A DNA stretch of 64,000 nt, taken from contig CAZQZS010000001.1 in assembly GCA_964597895.1 (NCBI GenBank), positions 9,238 to 73,237 on the forward strand. The letters run 5' to 3'. The notes beneath the pieces are model-generated. The model searched no databases, was not told where the DNA came from, and was given only the letters and a program-made list of their open reading frames with translations. Below are positions 1 to 8,190 of this stretch, in pieces. Every line of letters starts with the position of its first letter. Within the stretch, counting starts at the first letter, position 1. The stretch is from an uncultured Candidatus Saccharibacteria bacterium (GTDB taxonomy: Bacteria > Patescibacteriota > Doudnabacteria > UBA920). The position numbers were made by a program, and so were the translations under genes.

Positions 1-284
<284 letters not shown>

Positions 285-355
285 TCATTATAGCGATTTT
301 TTATCAAAACAAAAACCACTAAGATTAAAATAGCGGCTTTTGTATGCAGACAATC

Positions 356-565
356 TTACATGCTTGGGGCAGAATTGTCGCTACCTTTCATGCTGTTAAC
401 AGCAACGAGGATTGCAGACAAGCCAACGAGAATGTAAACGATGTTAGCAATCATGCTTTCGCCAAGGATGGCGGCAACGAGGTTAAAGTCAAATGCGCCG
501 ACGAGTCCCCAGTTGAGGCCGCCAACTACGACTAAAATCATTGCAACGGTGTTTAGTGCTTTCAA
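356..565 (-). CDS. DUF378-family small membrane protein (69 aa)
   Basis: GGLNWGLVG motif. TTG start at 565 is preceded by a GGGGGTGA RBS at 5-nt spacing. The 5' extension of the ORF track to 631 covers a TTGACA...TATACT promoter-like stretch and is probably not translated. Confidence 0.6.
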   Translation of the reverse strand: MKALNTVAMILVVVGGLNWGLVGAFDFNLVAAILGESMIANIVYILVGLSAILVAVNSMKGSDNSAPSM

Positions 566-676
566 ACTACTCACCCCCTTTCGTTCGTGGGTATTTGCTG
601 TACTTAGTATAGCAGTTTTTTGCTCTGTCAACTATTAACTTGGGGATTGCTTTTGGAGTGTTATAATTATAGTACA

Positions 677-1153
677 ATGAATGCACAAAAAATTAGGCAA
701 GCAATTTGGCGGCATCTTTACCCAATTTGGCCTCAAATAGAACATTTCTTTTTATTTATTCATGGTAATCGCCGTCAACCGTACGCTTTAGGCTGGCTAG
801 CTCAAGGTGAAACTTTGGCAACCCTCAAAACTTATTTGGCATCCAAATGGGGGTTTGGGAACCACTTCGTTGCTTGGGAAGATAAGGATCAAGTGTTGTC
901 GTGGCGTAAGTTAGACGGTTTTGAGCACCAGTATCATTTGCGAGTGTTTAGTGATGGCGAAATCCGCGGCCATTATGAATATACGCCAGAGTCTTCGGCT
1001 TTGATGCACTTTATGTCTGTGAAGAGCGAAGCCCGCACGAAAGACTTCGTAAAATTTTTGGGACCATTTCTATCTCATAAAAAAACTAGACATAGACTCC
1101 GACCAGATTTTGTATCTCGCAAAAAAACTCCAGAAGTCACCTATCAAAACTAA
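677..1153 (+). CDS. hypothetical protein (158 aa)
   Basis: ATG at 677. TATAAT at 662-667 lies only ~10 nt upstream, suggesting a leaderless or very short-leader mRNA. Followed by a terminator. Confidence 0.45.
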   Translation: MNAQKIRQAIWRHLYPIWPQIEHFFLFIHGNRRQPYALGWLAQGETLATLKTYLASKWGFGNHFVAWEDKDQVLSWRKLDGFEHQYHLRVFSDGEIRGHYEYTPESSALMHFMSVKSEARTKDFVKFLGPFLSHKKTRHRLRPDFVSRKKTPEVTYQN

Positions 1154-1180
1154 ACCCCGCATGCTGCGGGGTTTAGTTAT
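1152..1180. terminator. bidirectional rho-independent terminator
   Basis: AAACCCCGC-atgct-GCGGGGTTT hairpin flanked by A/T runs, between convergent genes. Confidence 0.6.
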
Positions 1181-1447
1181 TTAGAAATCAAATAGTTCTC
1201 CCAAGAATGATTCTTTTTTCCGTTTTTTGTGGTGGTATTGGTCTCCATGACTAGGCATGGAAGGACGATAACCATGATCTGCTTCTCGGTGGTGTTCTTG
1301 TGGTTGATGGCTAGGCTGGCCACCGGCGATGAGCTTGTCTAGCTCACCACGATCCAGCCAGACTCCGCGACAGGTGGGACAGTAGTCAATTTCTATCCCT
1401 TGTCGCTCCATCATGGCCAGAGGTGTTTGGTCGTTTGGGCATTGCAT
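1181..1447 (-). CDS. zinc-ribbon protein (TFIIB-type zf; 88 aa)
   Basis: MQCPNDQTPL...IDYCPTCRGVWLDRGELDKL: CPxx...CPTC ribbon with the GVWLD motif. ATG at 1447 chosen over the upstream TTG. Confidence 0.6.
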   Translation of the reverse strand: MQCPNDQTPLAMMERQGIEIDYCPTCRGVWLDRGELDKLIAGGQPSHQPQEHHREADHGYRPSMPSHGDQYHHKKRKKESFLGELFDF

Positions 1448-1789
1448 AGGCGCTTGGTTAATTATCTCTGCAGCCGACCTTAGCAATAAAAAAGCCGGCT
1501 ATGCCGGTTATAATTGATGCTGAGTCTTCGGTTAAAGCGCTCAATTGTTGAGACCGCTCGCTTCTTCCTCACCAGCACCCAAGGCCCAAATATACTACCA
1601 TAATTTTCATAGATTTTCTAGGTGACAAAATAGAAGTCGGCTGAGCAACTGAAGACATAAAGAAAAACCTTTCTTTCATCAATCAAACCAAACTAAAAAC
1701 CCCATTCAGGGGAATGAGGTTGTTAGTGGTAGGTATCGTCTGAACGGCTGGAAAACTTATCTGGCTTTAGTAAGGGAGCTATATAGTAT

Positions 1790-2371
1790 CTATACTATGA
1801 ACAAGAATCCATAAATCACCATTCCAGTTATTAACAAAATTAACGTGAAAATAATCACAAGCCCAGCAGTGTCTAATAGTTTTTGCCTTTTTTGGAACTC
1901 AGTAAAACTTTGCCATGGTCTACTTTCCCAAACAATTTTTCGTCCCCAATTAACAGCTTTTAATCTTTGAAACCCGCCATATACCGGTATGAATTGTTTT
2001 AGACCTTCTCTGGTTAAACCGTTAGCGATGAAAAACCATACCCCAAAAACTCCCGCACCAATAGAGTTGCTTTTGATAAATTTTTCTTGATCTGAGGTGA
2101 GTTGTAAAGAGTTAACCTTTTTTATCCCAAGCTGTTCATCCGTGGTATTAAAAATCGGCCTATCATTTTCATCCTTACCCATATAAGGTTCTAGGAAAGG
2201 TAGCCCTTTAATTACTTTAAGGTATTTCAACAGTAAGAGTGTACAAAAAACTCCCAAACCCACTAAACCTATAGCTTGAATGTATTCTCTATGCATAAAT
2301 CCATAAATAGAACCCCAAATGGAAAATCCTATAAAAGTTAGCATGATAATTATCGTTTCTCTTTTGGTCAT
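1790..2371 (-). CDS. hypothetical polytopic membrane protein (193 aa)
   Basis: Several hydrophobic segments. Terminator hairpin CCCCtgaatGGGG+T5 downstream on the minus strand (~1694-1722). Confidence 0.5.
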   Translation of the reverse strand: MTKRETIIIMLTFIGFSIWGSIYGFMHREYIQAIGLVGLGVFCTLLLLKYLKVIKGLPFLEPYMGKDENDRPIFNTTDEQLGIKKVNSLQLTSDQEKFIKSNSIGAGVFGVWFFIANGLTREGLKQFIPVYGGFQRLKAVNWGRKIVWESRPWQSFTEFQKRQKLLDTAGLVIIFTLILLITGMVIYGFLFIV

Positions 2372-2515
2372 ACGTATAATTAGTTGTTATTATTATACCC
2401 CTTTTATTTAAAGCAATAAAGTTTTCATTATTCCTTGGGGTTGCCAAAATGGAAAACCTTTCCCTCACTAATAAAACCAAATCAAAAACGCCCAAACAGG
2501 CGTTTTGTAATTTTT

Positions 2516-2589
2516 GGTAGCGCTACGGAGAATCGAACTCCGGTTACCAGGATGAAAACCTGGTGTCCTAACCACTAGACGATAGCGCC
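2516..2589 (-). tRNA. tRNA-Glu(TTC): tRNA-Glu (anticodon TTC)
   Basis: Reverse complement GGCGCTATCGTCTAGTGGTTAGGACACCAGGTTTTCATCCTGG...GGTTCGATTCTCCGTAGCGCTACCA. Cloverleaf with anticodon loop TTTTCAT, T-loop TTCGATT and encoded CCA. Confidence 0.85.
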
Positions 2590-2862
2590 TCGTCCAAATT
2601 TGGCTCACTTGCTCGCGTCCGTTCCTCGCCCTTGGCTCGGCCGGCTCGCTCGCTTGTTCACCAAATTTCTCCTCTCAAACCTTCGCTTAACCATCGGGTT
2701 CGCCACGGCGCTCCTCGCTACACTCGTCGCGCCTGCTCACCACTCGGCCCAAGCAAAAGTTTGGTATGAAATCCAGTTTAAATAACTCTCGCATTTTAAC
2801 AGATTTGGGGAGTTTTGGCAAGACTGTTGGTTGATTAAAAATATTTTGATACATTGAATATA

Positions 2863-3588
2863 ATGATCAAAAGAAATTACGGCTTGAGCGGCAAACCAGT
2901 GATTCGTTCCTATCAACTCAAACGCCGCGTAAACACGCATCAACCACAATCACAGCCACAGCCTTGGCGACTGTTGATGTCAGGCTTTTTCATTGCGGGT
3001 GCATTGACTGGAGCCGTGGTAATGATGGGCGATGATTATGCAGAGGCTGAGCAAGCAGCAGCGGAACGCCAAGAGCTGATCGCCGGGGCTTCCACCACTG
3101 AATCGTGGAGTATGCCGCTAGACTTCTCTGTCGAAGACTTAGATATCGTCACAGATATGATGCCTGTCTTAATTAATGAAGTGCGCCACGAACCAACCGC
3201 GGCAGAATTAGCCAACGAAAAGCGCAAATCTGATTTGCGAGCTTACTTTGAAAGCCGTAATAGCCCGTTCACAGACGACGCTACTTTGGATGCATTTTTG
3301 TCTGCAAACAACATGAAACTAATGATCGCTATTTCTTTTGTAGAGAGCACGATGGGGAAACGTTGTTACTATAATAACTGTAGCGGTATAGGTGGTTATC
3401 CGCCAAATTTGCGTAAGTATGATTCTTACGCTGATTGGGTTCGCGACTTTGATTCTTTGTTAGAACGGCGTTATAAGGGGATGGAGCCAGAAGATATGAT
3501 GGGCGTTTATGTTCAGCCGGGGAGTCCGAATTGGATTAATGGAGTTCGTCAGATCTTAGCAGAATTAGAAAAACAGGGGATTGAATAA
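2863..3588 (+). CDS. membrane-anchored protein with glucosaminidase/GH73-like C-terminal region (putative peptidoglycan hydrolase); start uncertain (TTG 2854, ATG 2863 or ATG 2974)
   Basis: N-terminal basic stretch plus TM (WRLLMSGFFIAGALTGAVVMM). C-terminal ...MIAISFVESTMGKRCYYNNCSGIGGYP... resembles the ESG-containing glucosaminidase signature. Weak assignment. Confidence 0.4.
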   Translation: MIKRNYGLSGKPVIRSYQLKRRVNTHQPQSQPQPWRLLMSGFFIAGALTGAVVMMGDDYAEAEQAAAERQELIAGASTTESWSMPLDFSVEDLDIVTDMMPVLINEVRHEPTAAELANEKRKSDLRAYFESRNSPFTDDATLDAFLSANNMKLMIAISFVESTMGKRCYYNNCSGIGGYPPNLRKYDSYADWVRDFDSLLERRYKGMEPEDMMGVYVQPGSPNWINGVRQILAELEKQGIE

Positions 3589-3652
3589 AAGTTTATTGTT
3601 ATTTTTTTGGCATTTATTTTTGTTTGAACACCATATGAAAAGATGAAGGTGT

Positions 3653-3724
3653 GGGGTGTGCCGCGGTCGGCAGAGCTTGCTTGTCATCAGTTCGTGACGG
3701 GTTCGATTCCCGTACACTCCACCA
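3653..3724 (+). ncRNA. 72-nt tRNA-like element, probable tRNA pseudogene/remnant
   Basis: Canonical T-arm ACGGG-TTCGATT-CCCGT. The 7-bp acceptor stem GGGGTGT/ACACTCC carries a G3:U70 pair, with discriminator A and an encoded CCA. Only ~37 nt lie between the acceptor and the T-arm, so no D-arm can form. The only 5-bp/7-nt anticodon-like hairpin (GGCAG-AGCTTGC-TTGTC) lacks U33. Confidence 0.35.
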
Positions 3725-3726
3725 CT

Positions 3727-3755
3727 TTGAAAAAGGTTCATGTGTATGATATAAT
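3727..3755 (+). promoter_or_regulatory. sigma70-type promoter TTGAAA-N17-TATAAT with extended TG (TGaTATAAT)
   Basis: -35 at 3727-3732, 17-nt spacer, TG at 3747-3748, -10 at 3750-3755. The predicted TSS (~3762) sits ~35 nt upstream of an intrinsic terminator and ~115 nt upstream of the CsoR-like gene. Confidence 0.6.
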
Positions 3756-3794
3756 GTACACGACAAGCAAGTTCTGAAGCCGTCGAGGCACGAA

Positions 3795-3824
3795 AAAACC
3801 ACCCGTAAGGGTGGTTTTGATTTG
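3795..3824 (+). terminator. rho-independent terminator (CCACCC-GTAA-GGGTGG + TTTTGATTT)
   Basis: Perfect 6-bp GC stem with a GNRA loop and a U-tract, preceded by an A6 run. Confidence 0.65.
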
Positions 3825-3878
3825 ACACAGAAAAATATTATAGTAGGATATAGATACCCCCCATAGGGGGGTTATATC

Positions 3879-4145
3879 ATGACTAAAGAACAACAAAATT
3901 TAATAAAGCGAATTAAAACAGCACAGGGTCATCTTGGCGCAATTGCCGCCATGGTCGAAAAAGACACTTACTGCATGGACATTATTAACCAGAACCATGC
4001 TGTTATAGAAGCCTTGCGTAAAGTTAATCAGTTAATTTTGGAAGGATATTTGGGTGAGTGTGCTCTTGATGCGGTCAACCATAAAAATCCAGCCAAGCGC
4101 AAAGCAGCAGTTGCTGAGTTAGTGAAGATTTATACTAAGAAATAA
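3879..4145 (+). CDS. CsoR/RcnR/FrmR-family (DUF156) metal/thiol-sensing transcriptional repressor
   Basis: GHLGAIAAMVEKDTYCMDIINQNHAVIEALRKV is the hallmark helix-2 region, including the YC(M/I)D motif. A second Cys sits in GECALDA with no His at the CsoR Y position. The stop is 1 nt from the trxB ATG. Confidence 0.8.
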   Translation: MTKEQQNLIKRIKTAQGHLGAIAAMVEKDTYCMDIINQNHAVIEALRKVNQLILEGYLGECALDAVNHKNPAKRKAAVAELVKIYTKK

Positions 4146-4146
4146 T

Positions 4147-5082
4147 ATGAACGACAAAATTTACAACACTATTATAATCGGAAGCGGTCCGGCTGGCCTC
4201 ACCGCCGCGTTATATGCCGGCCGTGCCGAATTAGAGCCATTGGTCATTGCCGGGCTGCAGCCCGGCGGACAACTTACCATCACAACTGATGTAGAAAATT
4301 TTCCAGGATTCCCAGAAGGTATTCAAGGTCCAGAGTTGATGCAGAAGATGACTGCGCAAGCTGAAAGATTTGGCGCCAAAATCGTTCAAGAGAATGTAGC
4401 TAGCGTGGATTTTTCTAGCAAACCGTACAAAATCAAGACAGATAGCAACGAATATCACGCCCATAGCGTAATCATCGCCACTGGTGCCGAAGTTAAGTGG
4501 CTAGGCCTACCCAACGAAACACGTCTTCGCGGTAAAGGCGTCACGGCCTGCGCGACTTGCGACGGCTTCTTCTTTAAGGATTTAGACATCGTGGTCATTG
4601 GCGGCGGAGATAGCGCCATGGAAGAAGCATTGTTTTTAACAAAATTCGGCAAGTCAGTTACGATTGTCCATCGTCGCGATGAATTCAAGGCTTCCAAGAT
4701 TATGCTCAAGCGGGCCCAAGAACACCCAAAGATTTCCTTCATCACTGATGTCACCGTGGTTGATATTTTGGGAGAAGATTCGTTTACCGGAATAAAGATC
4801 AAAGACAATAAGACCGGAGAAGAACGAGAGGTTGCAGCTGGGGGTTATTTTGTGGCCATTGGGCACTCGCCAGCGGTTCAAGTTTTTAAGGACGCCGGCG
4901 TAGAGCTGGATAGCAAGGGTTACATTGCTCAAAAACAGTTTACTCAAACAAATATAGAAGGCGTATTTGTAGCCGGAGATGTCCACGACCACCGCTACCG
5001 TCAAGCCATTTCTTCTGCAGGGGAGGGGTGTAAGGCAGCTCTTGATGCAGAGAAGTATCTTACGGAGTTAAATCAAGAATAG
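4147..5082 (+). CDS. trxB: thioredoxin-disulfide reductase
   Basis: GSGPAG FAD motif, CATC redox-active disulfide, GGGDSA NADPH motif, and a GDV...AAGEG C-terminal FAD region. Confidence 0.9.
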   Translation: MNDKIYNTIIIGSGPAGLTAALYAGRAELEPLVIAGLQPGGQLTITTDVENFPGFPEGIQGPELMQKMTAQAERFGAKIVQENVASVDFSSKPYKIKTDSNEYHAHSVIIATGAEVKWLGLPNETRLRGKGVTACATCDGFFFKDLDIVVIGGGDSAMEEALFLTKFGKSVTIVHRRDEFKASKIMLKRAQEHPKISFITDVTVVDILGEDSFTGIKIKDNKTGEEREVAAGGYFVAIGHSPAVQVFKDAGVELDSKGYIAQKQFTQTNIEGVFVAGDVHDHRYRQAISSAGEGCKAALDAEKYLTELNQE

Positions 5083-5088
5083 AAGTAT

Positions 5089-5194
5089 GTCATTCCTGGT
5101 CCCACCGCAGGTGGGAACCGGGAATCCACTAGACAGTCAAGATAATTTAATAGATCCCCGGTTCTCCGCGCTTTGCTCGGAGACCAGGGATGAC
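5089..5194. repeat. copy 1 (106 bp) of a dispersed repeat family with inverted termini GTCATTCCTGG ... CCAGGGATGAC
   Basis: Two internal imperfect hairpins. The conserved core AACCGGGAATCCACTAGACAG and ...GATCCCCGG... are shared with copy 2 (9238-9332). Confidence 0.6.
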
Positions 5195-5202
5195 CAAATA
5201 AT

Positions 5203-6414
5203 ATGAACAATCCCTTTGAATCAGCCAAACAGCAACTTCAGGCAGCGGCCGACGCAGCCAATTTGGACAAAAACAAAATTGCCGAATTGATGCACCCAGA
5301 TCGGTACATTGAGGTTTCTATTCCAGTGCAAATGGATGATGGCTCCCAAAAAATTTTTGAAGGTTTCCGCAGTCAGCATAACAATGCCCGGGGACCATAC
5401 AAAGGCGGTATTCGTTACCACCAAGATGTAAATTTAGACGAGGTGCGCGCTTTAAGTTTTTGGATGACTTTTAAGAATGCAGTCATTGACGTTCCTTTTG
5501 GTGGCGGTAAAGGTGGCATCATTGTAAACCCTAAGGAATTGTCTGAGGCTGAGCTAGAAAAACTGTCCCGCGGCTATATGCAAAAAATGTTTCGTAATTT
5601 TGGCCCGGAAATAGATGTTCCTGCCCCAGACGTAAACACTAACGGCCAGATTATGGGCTGGATGCGCAACGAGTACGAAAACCTCACCGGTACTGTCGCT
5701 CCAGGAGTTATTACAGGCAAAGCGATAGAAGATGGCGGCAGCGAGGGTCGCACCGAAGCAACCGGGTATGGCGGGGGGTATGTTTTGCGCGAAGCTTTGA
5801 AGGCAGGGTTAGTGTCGGATGATCGCAAGACTATCGCTGTGCAAGGGTTTGGTAATGTGGCGACTTACTTGGCCGAGTATGTCAAAGAACATGGATTCAA
5901 GGTGGTCGCTTTATCCGACAGCAAGGGCGGAGTGTATAACGAAGCTGGTATTGATATCTCTGCGGCCGAAGCACATAAAAAGGCCACAGGCTCTTTGAAT
6001 GGCTTGGAAGGTGCTACTTCTATCACCAACGAGCAGTTATTAGAACTAGATGTCGAAGTTTTGGTACCAGCGGCATTAGAAAATGTTATTACTAAAGTTA
6101 ATGCTGCAAAGATTAAAGCTAAGCTGATTTTGGAAATGGCCAATGGCCCAACGACACCTGAGGCCGACCAGATTTTGCAAGATAATGGCGTTGTGGTAAT
6201 TCCAGATATCTTGGCCAATAGCGGTGGCGTCTGCGTGAGTTATTACGAATGGTATCAGAATATGCATAATGAAAAGTGGGCCAAGCAGGATGTTTTGGCC
6301 AAGCTTGATGCGCAGATTACCAAGGCATTTGCAGATGTTCTCGCAGGCTCAAAACAGCATGCTACTTCACTTAGAACAGCAGCCTATATAGTCGCCGCCG
6401 AGCGAATTATCTGA
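5203..6414 (+). CDS. gdhA: NAD(P)-dependent glutamate dehydrogenase
   Basis: FGGGKGGI active-site glycine-rich motif (catalytic Lys) and a GFGNVA Rossmann dinucleotide-binding motif; length is typical of the Glu/Leu/Phe/Val dehydrogenase family. Confidence 0.9.
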   Translation: MNNPFESAKQQLQAAADAANLDKNKIAELMHPDRYIEVSIPVQMDDGSQKIFEGFRSQHNNARGPYKGGIRYHQDVNLDEVRALSFWMTFKNAVIDVPFGGGKGGIIVNPKELSEAELEKLSRGYMQKMFRNFGPEIDVPAPDVNTNGQIMGWMRNEYENLTGTVAPGVITGKAIEDGGSEGRTEATGYGGGYVLREALKAGLVSDDRKTIAVQGFGNVATYLAEYVKEHGFKVVALSDSKGGVYNEAGIDISAAEAHKKATGSLNGLEGATSITNEQLLELDVEVLVPAALENVITKVNAAKIKAKLILEMANGPTTPEADQILQDNGVVVIPDILANSGGVCVSYYEWYQNMHNEKWAKQDVLAKLDAQITKAFADVLAGSKQHATSLRTAAYIVAAERII

Positions 6415-6427
6415 GAAATGTAAGAAC

Positions 6428-6457
6428 AAAGCCAGTCGTTAGACTGGCTTTTGAGTT
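6428..6457. terminator. bidirectional terminator AAAGCCAGTC-gtta-GACTGGCTTT + U-tract
   Basis: 10-bp stem immediately after the gdh stop. It overlaps the 3' end of the convergent ORF 6439-6786. Confidence 0.55.
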
Positions 6458-6786
6458 GCGTCAATTGCTTGAACAATGAAGCGTATAGCAATGGTTGCTT
6501 TCTGTTGCTCTCTCTGTTCCAGGCAAACAAATTTTTGGCCAGCAAGAATAGCATACGGTATTTGACTGTCTAAGCGGTAAACGCTGGTGCAGCCAGGTTG
6601 CCTGATTTGCATCGTGGACTGCGTGCCACCTTGCATACACCATTCAAAGTAGTAGCGACTGGTTCTAAAGTGCACAAAGTCGCATTCGCCAAACTGGCCG
6701 GGGTAATATTTAACAAGATCAGGATTAGCTTCAATGTCCTCCGCGATCTTATCAAGGGTTGTTATTTGCGGGCATTCCTTGCTCAT
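6439..6786 (-). CDS. hypothetical protein (115 aa)
   Basis: GGAGGT RBS upstream of the ATG at 6786. No recognisable motif. Divergent from the second trxB-like gene. Confidence 0.45.
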   Translation of the reverse strand: MSKECPQITTLDKIAEDIEANPDLVKYYPGQFGECDFVHFRTSRYYFEWCMQGGTQSTMQIRQPGCTSVYRLDSQIPYAILAGQKFVCLEQREQQKATIAIRFIVQAIDATQKPV

Positions 6787-6836
6787 AACACTACCTCCGT
6801 GAAATTTTTTCTAGTATAGCATGTTAAAATTAATAT

Positions 6837-7751
6837 ATGTATGACGTCATTATTATCGGCGCCGGTCCAGCAGGCATGACAGCTGCCATATATACAGCGC
6901 GCAAAAAATTGAACACCTTGGTTTTAGCTAAAGAGGCCGGAGGTCAGATGGTGTGGAGTAGTGATGTCGAAAACTACACTGGCTTCAGCATGATCACTGG
7001 GGCCGACCTAACATTAAAATTTCAGGAGCACTTATCCAGTCTCAAAGAAGATTTAGAGGTCAAGCTCGGTATAGAAGTGGTTAGTATAGAAAAGAACATT
7101 ACCAGTTTTGAGGTTGGCGACAAGCAGGGTAATCAGTATTTTGCTAAGACAATTATAATTGCTTCTGGGAAAAACCCACGTCATTTGAACATTCCTGGTG
7201 AGAGTGAATTCTATGGTCATGGCGTGGCTACCTGCGCAACCTGCGACGCGCCTCTTTACAAAGGAAAAGATGTCGCAGTGATAGGTGGTGGAAATTCTGC
7301 TTTGGACGCAGTTTTGGCCTTGTCCAAAGTGGCCAAAACTGTGGCGGTTGTGAATATTAATCAAGCTTTATCTGGTGATTCAATTGTCAAAGAAAAAATT
7401 GAACATTCCGGTAATGTAAAAATATATAATAACACCAAAACTTTGTCTGTTTTAGGAGAGAAGGCCGTAACAGGTTTGGAGATTCATCAATTTGGTAAAG
7501 ACAAGGAAATATTGACAGTGTCTGGAGTGTTTGTGGAAATCGGCTATGAGCCAAGCATTGCTTTTGATCAACTTACTAAAAAGAATGAAAAAAACGAAAT
7601 TGTCGTGGACGGCAACTTGCAAACTAGCATACCTGGAATTTTTGCCGCCGGCGACATCAATGACGCCTGGGGCGAGCAAATTATTATCGCCGCCGGCGAA
7701 GGCGCCAAAGCTGCCATGGCCGTGAGCAACTACTTGAACCGACTAAAGTAG
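6837..7751 (+). CDS. second thioredoxin reductase-like FAD/NAD(P)-dependent disulfide oxidoreductase
   Basis: GAGPAG, CATC redox motif, GGGNSA, and a C-terminal GDINDAWGEQIIIAAGEG region. Paralogous to trxB at 4147. Confidence 0.8.
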   Translation: MYDVIIIGAGPAGMTAAIYTARKKLNTLVLAKEAGGQMVWSSDVENYTGFSMITGADLTLKFQEHLSSLKEDLEVKLGIEVVSIEKNITSFEVGDKQGNQYFAKTIIIASGKNPRHLNIPGESEFYGHGVATCATCDAPLYKGKDVAVIGGGNSALDAVLALSKVAKTVAVVNINQALSGDSIVKEKIEHSGNVKIYNNTKTLSVLGEKAVTGLEIHQFGKDKEILTVSGVFVEIGYEPSIAFDQLTKKNEKNEIVVDGNLQTSIPGIFAAGDINDAWGEQIIIAAGEGAKAAMAVSNYLNRLK

Positions 7752-7784
7752 TTTGCTAAGATAATTTGCTAAAGGAGGAAACTT

Positions 7785-8177
7785 ATGGATACTTTTAAGG
7801 GTTATTCGGAGAAGTATTTAGGAGATTATCTACTGCTTGGCTTAAAAGCCACAGCTTTGTGGTTATGCACTGCCATGTTTGTCAGAAAGATCCATATAAT
7901 GTCAGACGTCGCTCTGATTGGTGTATTGATTCTCGGCATAGTCGGTTTAACCAAAATGTGGAAATTAACCAGTAGGCACAGTAATCAGATTTTCCTTAGA
8001 CCTGCTTACTTGGCATTTCTTGGGGTAATGTGCGGTTGGGGTATTACTACACTTGACTGGAACGTCTTGTCTGTCGGCCTCGTGGCTATACTGCTGATCC
8101 CGATTAATTTGTTTATCGGACTTATGATTTGCTGGTTAGCTTTCGAACTTCGACCCATAGAAAAAAGGACTCAGTGA
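7785..8177 (+). CDS. hypothetical membrane protein (130 aa)
   Basis: AAAGGAGG RBS and 3-4 hydrophobic helices. Confidence 0.5.
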   Translation: MDTFKGYSEKYLGDYLLLGLKATALWLCTAMFVRKIHIMSDVALIGVLILGIVGLTKMWKLTSRHSNQIFLRPAYLAFLGVMCGWGITTLDWNVLSVGLVAILLIPINLFIGLMICWLAFELRPIEKRTQ

Positions 8178-8190
8178 GTCCTTTTAATTT
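8161..8190. terminator. bidirectional terminator A6GGACTC-agt-GAGTCCTTTT
   Basis: Hairpin with flanking A- and T-runs between convergent genes. Confidence 0.55.

Noticed and set aside
2600-2785. 61-aa ORF from the six-frame track
   Set aside because: TTG start without an SD, inside the compositionally odd tract next to the tRNA. Likely a composition artefact.
3653-3828. tmRNA (ssrA), suggested by the Ala-type G3:U70 acceptor plus T-arm plus CCA
   Set aside because: Only 37 nt separate the acceptor 5' strand from the T-arm. There is no room for pseudoknots or a tag reading frame, and no ...LAA-stop tag ORF nearby.
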